Notes under the pieces: generated by a model
Databases searched by the model: none
What the model was told of the DNA's origin: nothing
The model's input: the letters and a program-made list of their open reading frames with translations, nothing else
Made by a program: the position numbers and the translations under genes
Virus record (IMG/VR): IMGVR_UViG_3300023283_000263
Span: 13,760 to 77,759 of that record
Length of the DNA: 64,000 nucleotides
Source: a virus
Taxonomy: Duplodnaviria > Caudoviricetes
Direction: 5' to 3' (one strand)
Shown: one piece after another, positions 26,334 through 36,227 of the stretch
Numbering within the stretch: the stretch's first letter is position 1
Layout: each line of letters opens with the position of its first letter

Positions 26334-26750
26334 ATGCGACGCAAGCTACGACGAAGGAAGCGAGGCGCGACCCCGGGGTCGCGTCCGCCGGCGCCGGAAG
26401 AGACCGCGCCGGACGCGCCGCCCGACGAGGTCTCGGACGAGACCGGGCACCCGATCAAGGTCGGGTTCGCGATCCGCGCGACCCCGCGGCGGCTGCAGAG
26501 CTGGACGGGCGAGGTGGCCGCCATCAGGCGCCACCCGCGCAAGGGCCGCGTCTACCTGGAGGTGCTCCGGGACGGGACGGGCTTCCCGGCGACCGAGCGC
26601 GAGAACCGCGCCAGGCCGGGCGCCGCGCCCGAAACGCGCACGGTCCACTACGCGCTCCCGGCCGAGTGCAAGGTGATCCCCAAGTCGGCGCGCTCGGAGA
26701 GGGCGAGACGGATCGTGGTCCGCGACGTGGGCGAGGAGAACGAGGCGTGA
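26334..26750 (+). CDS. Hypothetical protein
   Basis: AAGGAGGACGG RBS. Confidence 0.5.
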   Translation: MRRKLRRRKRGATPGSRPPAPEETAPDAPPDEVSDETGHPIKVGFAIRATPRRLQSWTGEVAAIRRHPRKGRVYLEVLRDGTGFPATERENRARPGAAPETRTVHYALPAECKVIPKSARSERARRIVVRDVGEENEA

Positions 26751-26995
26751 CGAACGACGAGCTGCTGCAGGAAGCGGAGGTGATGAAAGGCCAGGCGGAC
26801 ATCCTGCGCCGCGATCCGGAGTCGTGCGACCGGCTCTTGGACATCGCAGAGCACATGGCGCGGCGGGCCGACGCGATGCGGCGGATCGTCAGGTTGCGGG
26901 AGGACGCCGGGTTCGTGCGCGCGCGGCGAATGCCGTTGTGCGCGTCGCTGATGGAGGGCCTGGCCGACGATCTGGAGGCGGGGATCCAAGAGTAG
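26747..26995 (+). CDS. Hypothetical protein
   Basis: GTGA overlap; helical composition. Confidence 0.5.
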   Translation: MTNDELLQEAEVMKGQADILRRDPESCDRLLDIAEHMARRADAMRRIVRLREDAGFVRARRMPLCASLMEGLADDLEAGIQE

Positions 26996-27360
26996 GACGG
27001 ACAGTGAGACCGAAACCCACGAGCGGTCGCTCACTTTTGCAGGTGAGCGCGGATCGCTTGCTGCTGATGATCGCGAAGGCGGAGGACGAAGGCCGACACC
27101 TGCGCGACTTCTTCACGACCTCCGAGGCCGACGGCGGGGTGCCCGACGAGGCGCTTTCGTTCGCGGTCGAGGGGCTGGAGGAGCGCGGGCTCGTGAGCGG
27201 CAGGTTGACCCTTCTCTGGCCCGAGCTGACTGTGCTCGGGGCCGCCGACGGGTCGAGCAACTCCGGGCCGGGACCGCGCGCAAACGCCGGCGCCGGTAAG
27301 CGTTTCTAGCGCGAGACCCCGTCGAGACCCGCCGATCGGCGTGTTATATTCAAGGGCGAC

Positions 27361-28860
27361 GTGCCGCGCAGGACGCTCAAACGCAGGTCCCGACTCCCCG
27401 ATCGACCCGACGTCGACGAGTCGGCGTCCGACCGCCCCGCGACCCCGGGGTCGCGGGGGCGCGTCGCCGGCAAAGGGTCCGGGTGGAAGGTGATCCAGGG
27501 GGACTGCGTCGAGGTCCTCCGGCGAGCCCCGGCCGCATCGGTCGACGCCGTCGTCTGTGACCCTCCCTACGGGCTGAGCAAGGAGCCGCACGCCGCGGAG
27601 GTGCTGCGTCGATGGCTCGCGGGGGACGACTACCACCACCGCGGGTCGGGATTCATGGGCAAGTCCTGGGACTCGTTCGTCCCGGGCCCCGCGACCTGGC
27701 GCGAGGTTTTTCGCGTCCTCAAGCCCGGGGGGCACGCGCTGGTGTTCGCCGGGACCCGGACTCAAGACCTGATGGGGATAGCACTGCGGCTCGCCGGGTT
27801 CGAGATCAGGGACTGCTTGGACTGGGTATACGCGACGGGGTTCCCCAAATCGCTCGACGTCGGCAAGGCGATCGACAACGCGGCAGGGGTAAAGCGGGAA
27901 GTGATAGGTGTTGAGGAAAGATACAACATGCCGAGTGGTATTGTGAATGCTGGGCGAGGAGCAGAAGCGCGGACTAAAATCCAGCGCAAAATCACGAAAG
28001 CCGCGACCGACACCGCTAAGCGCTGGGACGGTTGGGGCACGGCTCTCAAGCCTGCCCATGAGCCGATCATCCTCGCCCGAAAGCCCCTCGCCGGCACCGT
28101 CGCGGCGAACGTCCTGGAGCACGGGACGGGGGCGTTGAACATAGGCGGCTGCAGGGTCCCGGCAGAGAAGGCCACCGGCTGGGGCGGCGGTGGTAGCAAG
28201 TTATACGAGGGCGGATTGTCTCGGGAGGGCGGTGAAGCCAGGCCGCAGGAAAAGGGCCGGTGGCCTCCGAACCTTCTGCTCGGTCACGCGGCGTGTTGCG
28301 GGGACGACGAGTGCGGGCCTTGTTGCCCGGTGGTGGAGGTGAACCGGCAGAGCGGGTTTAGTAAAACACCAAAGACGGTAAGTAGAGGCCCGTCGCGTGG
28401 TACGCCGGCTGATTACACGCCGAACCCGTCCGGCGAAGTGCAGCGCGGGGTTCCCTGTCACGTTGATTCCGGCGGTGGTTCTCGCTTCTTCCAAGTCTTC
28501 AGGTACCAGGCGAAACCTGAGAGGAAGGAGCGCGACGCCGGGTTGGCGGAGGCCGGGTTCGACGCGCATGAGGTGCAGAAACGGAACCCGAGTGGTCTAG
28601 CGAAACGGCGATCCGAGGCCGGAACCGTGCGTCCGTTGCGAAATCCGCACCCGACCGTCAAGCCCGTCGAGCTGATGCGGTGGCTCGTGCGGCTCGTGAC
28701 GCCGCTCGGCGGCGTGGTGTTGGATCCTTTCGCGGGGTCCGGGTCCACGGGGATCGCGGCCGTGAAGGAGGGCGCGAGGTTCATCGGGATCGAGATGAAC
28801 GAGGAGTACGCGCAGATCGCGCGGGCGCGGATCGCCGCGGCCGTCGAGGAGGAAACATGA
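27361..28860 (+). CDS. DNA N6-adenine/N4-cytosine methyltransferase (beta class)
   Basis: IQGDC, catalytic DPPY, HPTVKP, SAM-binding VLDPFAGSGSTG. Confidence 0.92.
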   Translation: MPRRTLKRRSRLPDRPDVDESASDRPATPGSRGRVAGKGSGWKVIQGDCVEVLRRAPAASVDAVVCDPPYGLSKEPHAAEVLRRWLAGDDYHHRGSGFMGKSWDSFVPGPATWREVFRVLKPGGHALVFAGTRTQDLMGIALRLAGFEIRDCLDWVYATGFPKSLDVGKAIDNAAGVKREVIGVEERYNMPSGIVNAGRGAEARTKIQRKITKAATDTAKRWDGWGTALKPAHEPIILARKPLAGTVAANVLEHGTGALNIGGCRVPAEKATGWGGGGSKLYEGGLSREGGEARPQEKGRWPPNLLLGHAACCGDDECGPCCPVVEVNRQSGFSKTPKTVSRGPSRGTPADYTPNPSGEVQRGVPCHVDSGGGSRFFQVFRYQAKPERKERDAGLAEAGFDAHEVQKRNPSGLAKRRSEAGTVRPLRNPHPTVKPVELMRWLVRLVTPLGGVVLDPFAGSGSTGIAAVKEGARFIGIEMNEEYAQIARARIAAAVEEET

Positions 28861-29573
28861 GCGAGCGCACGAGGATCGAGGCGAACGAAGCCAGGCGCCG
28901 GGTCCCCGGAGAGGCGATGGAGTCGCATCTGTGCGACGACCGGAGGGCGTCGGTCTCGCCCTGGTGCGTCGGCAACTCGAAGCTCGGGCTGAACGTCTTC
29001 ACGTACTCGAAGGCTCCCGGGCGCGATCGGACGTGCCCCGGGGCGACCGAGTTCTGCGAGTCCGTGTGCTACGCGATGCGGATCATGGACAACCCGCACC
29101 TTCGGATCATCTACGAGGCGAACGAGAAGAGGGGCGCCGACCTGCCCGACCTCCCCGCCGAGGCTCGGCTGGTTCGGGGCCACGTCTCCGGGGACTTCGA
29201 CTCGGCCGAGTACGTCCGCGCCTGGATCGACCTGGTTCGTCGGCGCCCGGACGCGACGTTCTGGTTTTACACGCGGAGCTGGAGGATCGCCGAGATCCGT
29301 CCGGCGCTGGAGGAGCTTCGGGCCCTGCCGAACGTCGAGGTGTGGGCCAGCATGGACCCGAGGTGCGAGGATCCCCCCGAGGGGTGGCGGGTCGCGTGGA
29401 TCGACTCGGACGCGCGACTGTGGCGCGACCCCGGGGTCGCGGGGAAGTCCTACTACTACCACGGTCGCCGCGTCCCGGTCTGCCCGGAGCAGACCGGAGA
29501 GCGTGAGAACTGCGAGGCGTGCGGCTACTGCTTCCGCGGGAAGGCTGGTGACCTGGTGTTTCTGGAGCACTGA
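28857..29573 (+). CDS. Gp88-like protein (radical-SAM-like Cys motif)
   Basis: GNSKLG, TCPGATEFCESVCYA, RGHVSGDF, FWFYTRSW, CPEQ...CEACGYC. Confidence 0.7.
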   Translation: MSERTRIEANEARRRVPGEAMESHLCDDRRASVSPWCVGNSKLGLNVFTYSKAPGRDRTCPGATEFCESVCYAMRIMDNPHLRIIYEANEKRGADLPDLPAEARLVRGHVSGDFDSAEYVRAWIDLVRRRPDATFWFYTRSWRIAEIRPALEELRALPNVEVWASMDPRCEDPPEGWRVAWIDSDARLWRDPGVAGKSYYYHGRRVPVCPEQTGERENCEACGYCFRGKAGDLVFLEH

Positions 29574-29618
29574 CGCGGGGCGGGCTCCGGCGCTATCCTG
29601 GAGGCGCAGGAGGGGGTC

Positions 29619-29975
29619 ATGGAGAGAGAGGTTAGCCCGGACCGCGTCGATCGGTACGTCGTCCGCGCTGCGTCGAACCTGCGCGACCTGATCACGACGC
29701 AGGGGGTGGCCGGTAGCGCGATCGATCGCACGCTCCGCGCCGCCGTCCGGCACGGCGTATTCCTCGCCGGCGGGTCGATCGACGACTCCCCCGGGACGCG
29801 CTTGGCGTCGGATCTCGGGCCGAACGAGGTCGCGAAGATTCGATCGGCCCTGGCGCGGCCGAGCGCGGATCGCGACGAGATCGCTCGCGAGCACGGGTTG
29901 ACGAGAGCCCAGCTCGACAAGATCGCTCCGGAGGACGCCTTTCTCCGGAAGATGCGAGACGACGCGGGGTGGTAG
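29619..29975 (+). CDS. Hypothetical protein with a possible C-terminal HTH
   Basis: DRDEIAREHGLTRAQLDKI; GGAGG RBS. Confidence 0.5.
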   Translation: MEREVSPDRVDRYVVRAASNLRDLITTQGVAGSAIDRTLRAAVRHGVFLAGGSIDDSPGTRLASDLGPNEVAKIRSALARPSADRDEIAREHGLTRAQLDKIAPEDAFLRKMRDDAGW

Positions 29976-30003
29976 CCGCGTTCGTTCTGAGGAGGGGAGC
30001 ATC

Positions 30004-30201
30004 GTGATGAACGACGAGAGGCGACGCGCGAGACGCGCCGAGAGCAAGCGAATCCGCGAGGGCGCGGCGACCCAGAAACCCGAGGTCGCTCGGGAGAGTC
30101 CGACGTCCGAGGGGACGAAGGAGAATGTCGCTCCCGGGTACGCGGACGCGCTGCGAACGTGGTTCGGCCGCCTGGGCGATGAGGACGAGCCCGAGGATTG
30201 A
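30004..30201 (+). CDS. Hypothetical protein
   Basis: GAGGAGG RBS. Confidence 0.4.
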   Translation: MMNDERRRARRAESKRIREGAATQKPEVARESPTSEGTKENVAPGYADALRTWFGRLGDEDEPED

Positions 30202-30312
30202 GTGGAAGACCCGGAAGACGAGCTGCTGTTCTCCGCGCTCTTGCTCGGGCTCTTCGCGGCGTCCGTCTACGCGATAGCCGCGACGTTCTAGCAGCGAAGG
30301 AGGCGAGGCCCC

Positions 30313-30693
30313 GTGGACAAGAAGGACCCGGAAGCGCCTGAGGGGGTCGTCGAACGCGCGAAGGCGGCGGCCCTGCGGCGGGCTGGCGTGCTGCAGTGGA
30401 AGATGCGGCGAATGGCCGAGAAGATGCAGGTCCGCCGGGCTGAAGACCAGACGCGGCGCGGGGGACGGCGCTCGGTCGGCGACCGGAGGCGCTCCGAGCG
30501 CAGGCGCGCTAGATTCGAGGCTCGACAGCGGCGCGGAATCAGGAAGAGTCGGCCGCGGCGGACGATCAGGAAGCTCAGGCCGGGCGCGACCCCGGGGTCG
30601 CGCCGGTGGTCCGCGGAGAAGTGCAAGAGGCGCAGGAGGAGCAAGGCGGCGCGAGCCGCTCGCCGGGTCAACCGGCTGAGGGCCGCTCGCTGA
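30313..30693 (+). CDS. Hypothetical highly basic protein
   Basis: AAGGAGG RBS; Arg-rich, so may be a GC artefact. Confidence 0.35.
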   Translation: MDKKDPEAPEGVVERAKAAALRRAGVLQWKMRRMAEKMQVRRAEDQTRRGGRRSVGDRRRSERRRARFEARQRRGIRKSRPRRTIRKLRPGATPGSRRWSAEKCKRRRRSKAARAARRVNRLRAAR

Positions 30694-30700
30694 ATACGGC

Positions 30701-31300
30701 ATGGGTCCCGGAGGAATCAGGAAGGACGGGAAGGCGCACAAGCCGCCCGGTAGCATCAACTGGCCGGCGGCGAAGGAGCGCTTTCTCGCGAAGGCGCTGG
30801 TCGCGCGCCTGACGGGGGCTCCGGACTACACGCTGGAGCACCTCGCCAAGGACATCGGGTCTACGCACGGGACCGTCCGGAACCGCGCGTCCGGCGAGAA
30901 GTGGTACGCTGAGCTGAAGCGACGCGAAGCAGAAGCGCGGCGGCGGGCCACCGACGAGCTGCAGGAAGAGCTGGCCGAGGCCGAGTCGAAGGTCCGCCAG
31001 CGCCACGCCGCGCTCGCGCGCCGGCTCGTGGAACTCGGCGAGCACCGCCTGGACCAGCTTCTCGACCTCGCGAGGCGAGGGGCTGCTACCGGAGTCGACG
31101 TCGACCAGATGATCCGCATGGTCGACCGCGGCATGAAAGCGGAGCGCGAGGCTCTCGGCATCGGCGAGAGCGACGTTCAGCAGCCGCCCGCGTCGGACTC
31201 TCGGTGGGCGTCGATCGAGGCCCAGACGGAGCGCTTCGCGCGGGCGAAGACGCTGCTCCTGCGGCTCGAAGAGGCCGTCGAGGAAGAGGCCGAGGAATGA
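30701..31300 (+). CDS. Probable terminase small subunit
   Basis: HTH-like TLEHLAKDIGSTHGTVRNRASGEKW plus coiled coil; directly upstream of and overlapping TerL. Confidence 0.65.
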   Translation: MGPGGIRKDGKAHKPPGSINWPAAKERFLAKALVARLTGAPDYTLEHLAKDIGSTHGTVRNRASGEKWYAELKRREAEARRRATDELQEELAEAESKVRQRHAALARRLVELGEHRLDQLLDLARRGAATGVDVDQMIRMVDRGMKAEREALGIGESDVQQPPASDSRWASIEAQTERFARAKTLLLRLEEAVEEEAEE

Positions 31301-33174
31301 CGGCCTCTGCGCTCTCCGAGGTCGAGGAGCGCGCGCTGCGGAGAATCAGAGCCGAGGGGTTCTCGGACGAGGACCTAGAGGCCGCCCGCGAGCTGGTTCG
31401 GCAGCCGGAAGCGTTGGCCCTGCGCCGGCCGATCCCGTCGATCCGGGAGTTCGTCGAGTCTCCCCACTACCTCGGCGCGGAGGGGCGGCTCTACCCCGAG
31501 GTCCTGGAGGCGCTCGAAGCAATCAACGACGGCGAGCACGTCGAGTGCGTTCTGACGGGCGGGACGTCGACCGGCAAAACGACGATCGCCGTGTATTCGA
31601 TCGCCTACCAGACGTGGGTCGTCGGGTGTTACGAAGACCCGCACGCGCTGTTCGGGCTCGACCCGGCGTCCGAGATCGAGTTCGTCTTCCAGTCGATCAA
31701 CCTGAAGTTGGCCGACGAGGTAGGGTACGAGCGGTTCCGGAATCTGGTTCGTGCGGCGCCGTGTTTCCGCGACTACTTCCGGCCCGACTCGAAGATCCAG
31801 TCGAAGCTCAAGTTCCCGCGCAACGTCGTCGTGAAGCCCGTCGTTGGAGAAGTCACCGGAGCGATGGGCCAGAACGTGATCGGCGGCGTCGTCGACGAGA
31901 TGAACTTCATGGAGGTCGTTGAGCGCTCCGCCAAGACGCAGGGCGAGAGGTACGACCAGGCGACGGCTCTCTACTCGACCATCGCGCGCCGGCGGGAGGG
32001 GAGGTTTCTTCAGCGCGGCGGGATGTTGCCGGGGATGCTCTGTCTCGTGTCGTCGGCGAACTATCGCGGCGCGTTCATTGACCGCAAGGTCCAGGAAGCG
32101 CGAGAGAACTCACGCATCTACGTCTGGGACAAGCCGCAGTGGGGGGTCACGCGGCCGACAGAGCGCTACTCCGGCGAGACGTTCCGCGTGTTTCGCGGGG
32201 ACGACGCGCGGAGGCCGCGGATCTTGACGGACGACGAGGCCGTCGGAGAAGGGGATGAAGTGCTCGTCCTGGACGCTCCCGTCGAGCACCGCGCGTCGTT
32301 CGAGTCGGATCTTCTCGGAGCACTGCGAGACGTCGCCGGGGTGCCGACCGACGCCGTTCACCCGTTCATCGCGAGGCCGGACGCGGTCGCGGGGGTGTTC
32401 GGGGCGAGGCCGTCGATCTTCTCGCGCGAGTCCGTGGACTTCGAGGCCGAAGCGCTCAAGCTCTACCCGGGCCGGATCGAAGACCCGGACGAACCTCGCG
32501 CGATCCACGTTGATCTCGGGGCCGTGAGCGACTCGGCTGGGGTGGCGATCGGGTACTGCCCCGGGTTCGCGAGAATCGAGCGGGGGCCAGGCGAGTTCGA
32601 GGTGCTGCCGCGCGCGCGGTTCGACGCGCTCTTGGAGGTGCGCGTCCCGCGCGGCGGGGAGATCGACTTCGAGCGGATCCGCTCGGTGATCTACCGGCTC
32701 GCTGACAAGGGCGTCCGGATCGGGTGGGTCACGTTCGACTCGTGGCAGAGCCGGGACTCGATCCAGCAGCTTCGGCGCCGCGGATTTCGCGCCGGCGTCC
32801 TGTCGATGGACCGAGCCCCGCAGGGGAAGAAACCCGGGGGGATCGACCACTGGATGCTGGCGCGCGGCGCGCTCTACGACGAGCGCGTCGAGGCCCCGGA
32901 CCACGAGAAGTGCCGCAGAGAGCTGCTGCGCTTGGAGTTGGACGCGGTCCACCGGAAGATCGACCATCCTCCCGGGGGGTCGAGCGACGTGGCCCAGGCG
33001 TTCGGCGCGGTGATCGCTAAACTGCACCGGGCCCGGGAGACGTGGTCGCGGTGGCGGATCCCCGTCACCTCGGGCTCCCCGGTCGGCACTCACGAGGACG
33101 AGGTCAGGGAAGGCGCTCCGGAGCGTCCGCGGCCCGGGGGGTCGACGCGCCCGGGGAGGAGGCGAACGCGATGA
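31297..33174 (+). CDS. terL: Terminase large subunit
   Basis: Walker A GGTSTGKT, Walker B GGVVDEMNF, nuclease IHVDLG, TFDSWQS, KIDHPPGGSSD. Confidence 0.9.
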   Translation: MTASALSEVEERALRRIRAEGFSDEDLEAARELVRQPEALALRRPIPSIREFVESPHYLGAEGRLYPEVLEALEAINDGEHVECVLTGGTSTGKTTIAVYSIAYQTWVVGCYEDPHALFGLDPASEIEFVFQSINLKLADEVGYERFRNLVRAAPCFRDYFRPDSKIQSKLKFPRNVVVKPVVGEVTGAMGQNVIGGVVDEMNFMEVVERSAKTQGERYDQATALYSTIARRREGRFLQRGGMLPGMLCLVSSANYRGAFIDRKVQEARENSRIYVWDKPQWGVTRPTERYSGETFRVFRGDDARRPRILTDDEAVGEGDEVLVLDAPVEHRASFESDLLGALRDVAGVPTDAVHPFIARPDAVAGVFGARPSIFSRESVDFEAEALKLYPGRIEDPDEPRAIHVDLGAVSDSAGVAIGYCPGFARIERGPGEFEVLPRARFDALLEVRVPRGGEIDFERIRSVIYRLADKGVRIGWVTFDSWQSRDSIQQLRRRGFRAGVLSMDRAPQGKKPGGIDHWMLARGALYDERVEAPDHEKCRRELLRLELDAVHRKIDHPPGGSSDVAQAFGAVIAKLHRARETWSRWRIPVTSGSPVGTHEDEVREGAPERPRPGGSTRPGRRRTR

Positions 33175-33482
33175 GGGCTCTGGTAGTATTCATGTTCGTC
33201 GCGGTGCTCGCGATCGCGGCGACGCGGAGCGAGGAGGCGCCCGGGTTGCCGTTCTCCGGCGAGGACGCGCCGCCGTCGATCTGCGTCGACGGGAGCCCGC
33301 CCGGGTGGTGCGTCTTCGGGTTCGACGTCCACGGGCTGCGGTGCGTCGTGGCCCAGAAGCTCGACCCCCCGCGCTTTACCGCCGGCGTGTTCGAGATGGA
33401 GTGTGTCCCGCGCGGATTCGTCGTCCCGCCCGGTCAATGCCGCGCGCCGCCGAGCGGCGATTCCAATGATCCGGAGGTATGA
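33171..33482 (+). CDS. Secreted or membrane hypothetical protein
   Basis: N-terminal hydrophobic MRALVVFMFVAVLAIAA; five Cys. Confidence 0.5.
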   Translation: MRALVVFMFVAVLAIAATRSEEAPGLPFSGEDAPPSICVDGSPPGWCVFGFDVHGLRCVVAQKLDPPRFTAGVFEMECVPRGFVVPPGQCRAPPSGDSNDPEV

Positions 33483-33485
33483 ATC

Positions 33486-33878
33486 ATGCCGAACTTGAAC
33501 GACTTGGCTAAGTCCTCGGGGCTCGCGGGCCAGCGACTGAAGCGGCTGCGCGACCACCTCGCGAAGATCCAGGCCGACGTCGCCGAGCATCCCCCTCAGG
33601 AGCAGGCGGCCGTCGTGCTCTTCCAGGCCCTCGGGCGGATCGCCGCGCTGGAGGTTCAGATGGAGGACGTTCTGCTCGGCGTCGACGCGCTCCGCGGCGA
33701 CGAGACCGCCTCGATCGGGCTGGACGACGCCAAGCGAACGCTCGACTACTGGATCCAGACGCGCCGGGCTCGCGCGGACAACGAGAGCCTCGGCGATGAA
33801 CTGCGAGGGCAGGAAGCGTCCGCCGCCGCGGCGCTGGAGGCGTTCCGGCGCTACCTCTTCGGAGATCCGGAGTCCTAA
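33486..33878 (+). CDS. Hypothetical protein
   Basis: GGAGG RBS; helical. Confidence 0.6.
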   Translation: MPNLNDLAKSSGLAGQRLKRLRDHLAKIQADVAEHPPQEQAAVVLFQALGRIAALEVQMEDVLLGVDALRGDETASIGLDDAKRTLDYWIQTRRARADNESLGDELRGQEASAAAALEAFRRYLFGDPES

Positions 33879-34270
33879 TGGGCTGGGTGTTCGAGGTCTC
33901 GCCGAATCCTCGCGTCGACGCCGACGGGGAGCCGTTCTCGACCACCGCCGGGGACGGCGATCGCCTGCGCCTGATGGCGACGATCGAGGAGGCGATGGAC
34001 TGGCTCCTGTGGAGGGAGTGCGAAGGAGGGGCCGTCACGATCAAGCTGCGCCGCGACCCCGGGGTCGCGGAGGACGACCCGCCCGTTCCTCCTCCGCTCG
34101 CGGCCGACGGAATCGAGCCGTCGCTCGGCTGGCTCGCGTGGCACGAAGCGCACGAAGACTGCCCGTACTTTCTAGGAGGGCCGTGCGAGTACCCCGGAGA
34201 CGACGCGGCGGGCGACGCCCTCGACTACGCCGTGCCCCTGGAGGACATCGACGATGCCGGAGACGAGTAG
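33878..34270 (+). CDS. Hypothetical protein
   Basis: TAATG overlap. Confidence 0.55.
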   Translation: MGWVFEVSPNPRVDADGEPFSTTAGDGDRLRLMATIEEAMDWLLWRECEGGAVTIKLRRDPGVAEDDPPVPPPLAADGIEPSLGWLAWHEAHEDCPYFLGGPCEYPGDDAAGDALDYAVPLEDIDDAGDE

Positions 34271-34562
34271 GATGCTCGCGCTGTCGCTGCTCAGCGCGGA
34301 CGAGATCCGCAACCTCGCCGTCGACGTGATCGAGGCGCGCGTTCCGGAGCCGCAGAGCGACATGCTCGTCGAGATCGTCCAGGAGCTGACCGAGCGTACC
34401 AGAGACGGTCGCGTCGAGGTCCGGAAGCCGGAGCAACGCGACCCATCTTCGCGAGGCGCGCGGCTGTACCGCGACGTCGCGGTTTATCGAGACGAGCAGT
34501 ACCTCCGCGACGCGCGTCCGGCGACGGATTCAGCCGAGGCCGCGGTCCGCCGGCCGCGCTAG
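34254..34562 (+). CDS. Hypothetical protein
   Basis: Overlapping ORF within the gene run. Confidence 0.45.
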   Translation: MPETSRMLALSLLSADEIRNLAVDVIEARVPEPQSDMLVEIVQELTERTRDGRVEVRKPEQRDPSSRGARLYRDVAVYRDEQYLRDARPATDSAEAAVRRPR

Positions 34563-34738
34563 GCTCCTGTCGTGGCGAAGTACCGCGACGGCGGAGACGC
34601 GAGCGAGAAGCGCCGGAGGCGACGGAAGAAGCGAGCCCGACCGGAGAGGCCCCGGGGTCGCGACGATGCTCGACCTCGACGCGGACGGTCGAAGCTAAGC
34701 GTCGGGCCCGGCGGCGGGCTCTGGTCGAGGGAAGGATC

Positions 34739-34996
34739 GTGATTCGGTGCGTGTGCGGGCGCGTCTTGGAGCCCGGGGGCGCGGAGACGTCGACCAGTAC
34801 GCCGTGTCGCTGCGATCCGCGCGGACGAGGGACGCGGCACGCGAGATTCGTCGCGAGCGAGCGACTCAAGAACGTGGTCGCGGAGCTGATCCACGCGGCG
34901 GCGACCGAGGCGAAGATGCAGGGCAAGCACGCGGCGGCGCGAGAACTACTCGACTTCGAGATCGAGGTATCGGAAGGAGGGGTGCTTCTCCCGTGA
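34739..34996 (+). CDS. Hypothetical protein
   Basis: CVCG...CRC motif; overlaps the next gene. Confidence 0.45.
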   Translation: MIRCVCGRVLEPGGAETSTSTPCRCDPRGRGTRHARFVASERLKNVVAELIHAAATEAKMQGKHAAARELLDFEIEVSEGGVLLP

Positions 34997-35487
34997 CCAG
35001 GCGATCCGACCCCCAAGACGAGCTGTACCGGCGGCTGACGCAGAAGCAGATCCGCGACCTGCTCCTCCCGGCCGGGATGCTCTGGCAGGGTCTCGTCCAG
35101 CTCGTCAAGAAGGAGCGCAAAGACGTCCGCGAGGACGTAGTGATCGGCCTCCAGCGGTCCGTCGAGGCCGTCGTCAGGACGCGCGTCCCGACCCAGGAGA
35201 TGCGCCGGGATCTCGCCGTTCGCGTCCCGCGCGACGCGAAGGCCGTGCTCGACGCCATGAACCCGGAGGACGAGGTCGAGGCCGTGCTCGCGGCGAGCCT
35301 GTTGACGATGAAGGCCGCGGAGGACGGGAAAATCGTCGACCCCGCGTCGCAGGCCGTGCTCACGGCGTCCGTCATAGCGACCGAGGCTCAAGAAGACCCC
35401 GGCGCCGGGTGGGGCTACCGAGCCCGTCGATCGCGCGAGGTCGCGGAGCGCGGCTACCGAGCAGCTCAGTTGCTCGGCTACTTCTAG
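34993..35487 (+). CDS. Hypothetical protein
   Basis: GTGA overlap, AAGGAGG upstream. Confidence 0.6.
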   Translation: MTRRSDPQDELYRRLTQKQIRDLLLPAGMLWQGLVQLVKKERKDVREDVVIGLQRSVEAVVRTRVPTQEMRRDLAVRVPRDAKAVLDAMNPEDEVEAVLAASLLTMKAAEDGKIVDPASQAVLTASVIATEAQEDPGAGWGYRARRSREVAERGYRAAQLLGYF

Positions 35488-35495
35488 GAGGCGTC

Positions 35496-36182
35496 GTGAA
35501 AGCCAGGATTACGCTCTGCGGGGCCGGCGGGACCGGCAAGACGACGATGATGCGGCGGATCGCGGAGCGGTACGACCTGCCGGTCCTTCCTTCTATCGCC
35601 AGGCGCGTGCAGCGAGAGATGGGCGCTGAACGCGAGGACGATCAACGGCGGTGGGCGCCGTTCCGGCAGTGGAAGTTCGAGCAGCGTCTGACCGACGAGT
35701 GGTCTCGTCTTCTCATGGAGACCAATAGCTACGTCGCTGATCGGTCGATGATCGATAGGTATGCCTACGCGCTCTACAAGCTGCGCGACCCGGACCTTCT
35801 GACTCTCGACGAGCTGGAGCGGTACGAGGACCTGATCGACCGGACCGTGCAGCACGCGGACCTCGTGATCTATTGCCCGCTCGGCGTCTTCGATCCTCCT
35901 CCGGACGGGTTCCGCACCGCGCGCGAGAACGAGCGCAGAGCCGTGGACGCGATCATCGCCGGCGTCTGGCAGCGGATGCAGCTCTTCGGCAAGCGGAGGA
36001 ACATGCTGCCGCTCACCGTCGGGCGCCCGAAGAGCGACGACCCCGAGGACGTCGAGCGCGCGCTCAGGTTGCGCGACGAGCACGTCGACCGTGCTCTCCA
36101 GTCCGTCGGGCTCGTCGACGGGAAGGCGAATCCGCTTCGACGGGAAGGACGAGGCGTCCGGTCCCCGAGCCGGGTGAACTAG
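35496..36182 (+). CDS. P-loop kinase (AAA_28 / dNMP-kinase-like)
   Basis: ITLCGAGGTGKTT, ADRSMIDRYAY, DGFR. Confidence 0.8.
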   Translation: MKARITLCGAGGTGKTTMMRRIAERYDLPVLPSIARRVQREMGAEREDDQRRWAPFRQWKFEQRLTDEWSRLLMETNSYVADRSMIDRYAYALYKLRDPDLLTLDELERYEDLIDRTVQHADLVIYCPLGVFDPPPDGFRTARENERRAVDAIIAGVWQRMQLFGKRRNMLPLTVGRPKSDDPEDVERALRLRDEHVDRALQSVGLVDGKANPLRREGRGVRSPSRVN

Positions 36183-36227
36183 ATCGCGAGCCCTTCGCTA
36201 CACTGAGAGCCCGCCGACGGAGGATCA

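Noticed and set aside
27375-27401. Seventh promoter motif GCTCAAAC-N16-CGA
   Set aside because: Two mismatches in the upstream box, and it lies inside the putative 5' end of the methyltransferase ORF; too weak to count.
27700-28600. Hidden alternative-frame endonuclease in the methyltransferase insert
   Set aside because: Overlapping ORFs on both strands show no HNH, LAGLIDADG or PD-(D/E)XK motifs.
32940-33010. Inactive terminase nuclease because of SSDVAQA instead of SKDxADA
   Set aside because: Other acidic residues (VDLG, TFD, SSD) remain, and I cannot assign the catalytic Asp without an alignment.
36189-36222. Possible sixth guide unit AGCCCT-N9-TGAGAGCCCG-N9
   Set aside because: It lacks the 3' TTCGC motif and a closing stem, and lies 17 kb from the locus; probably chance, but worth including in a covariance-model scan.
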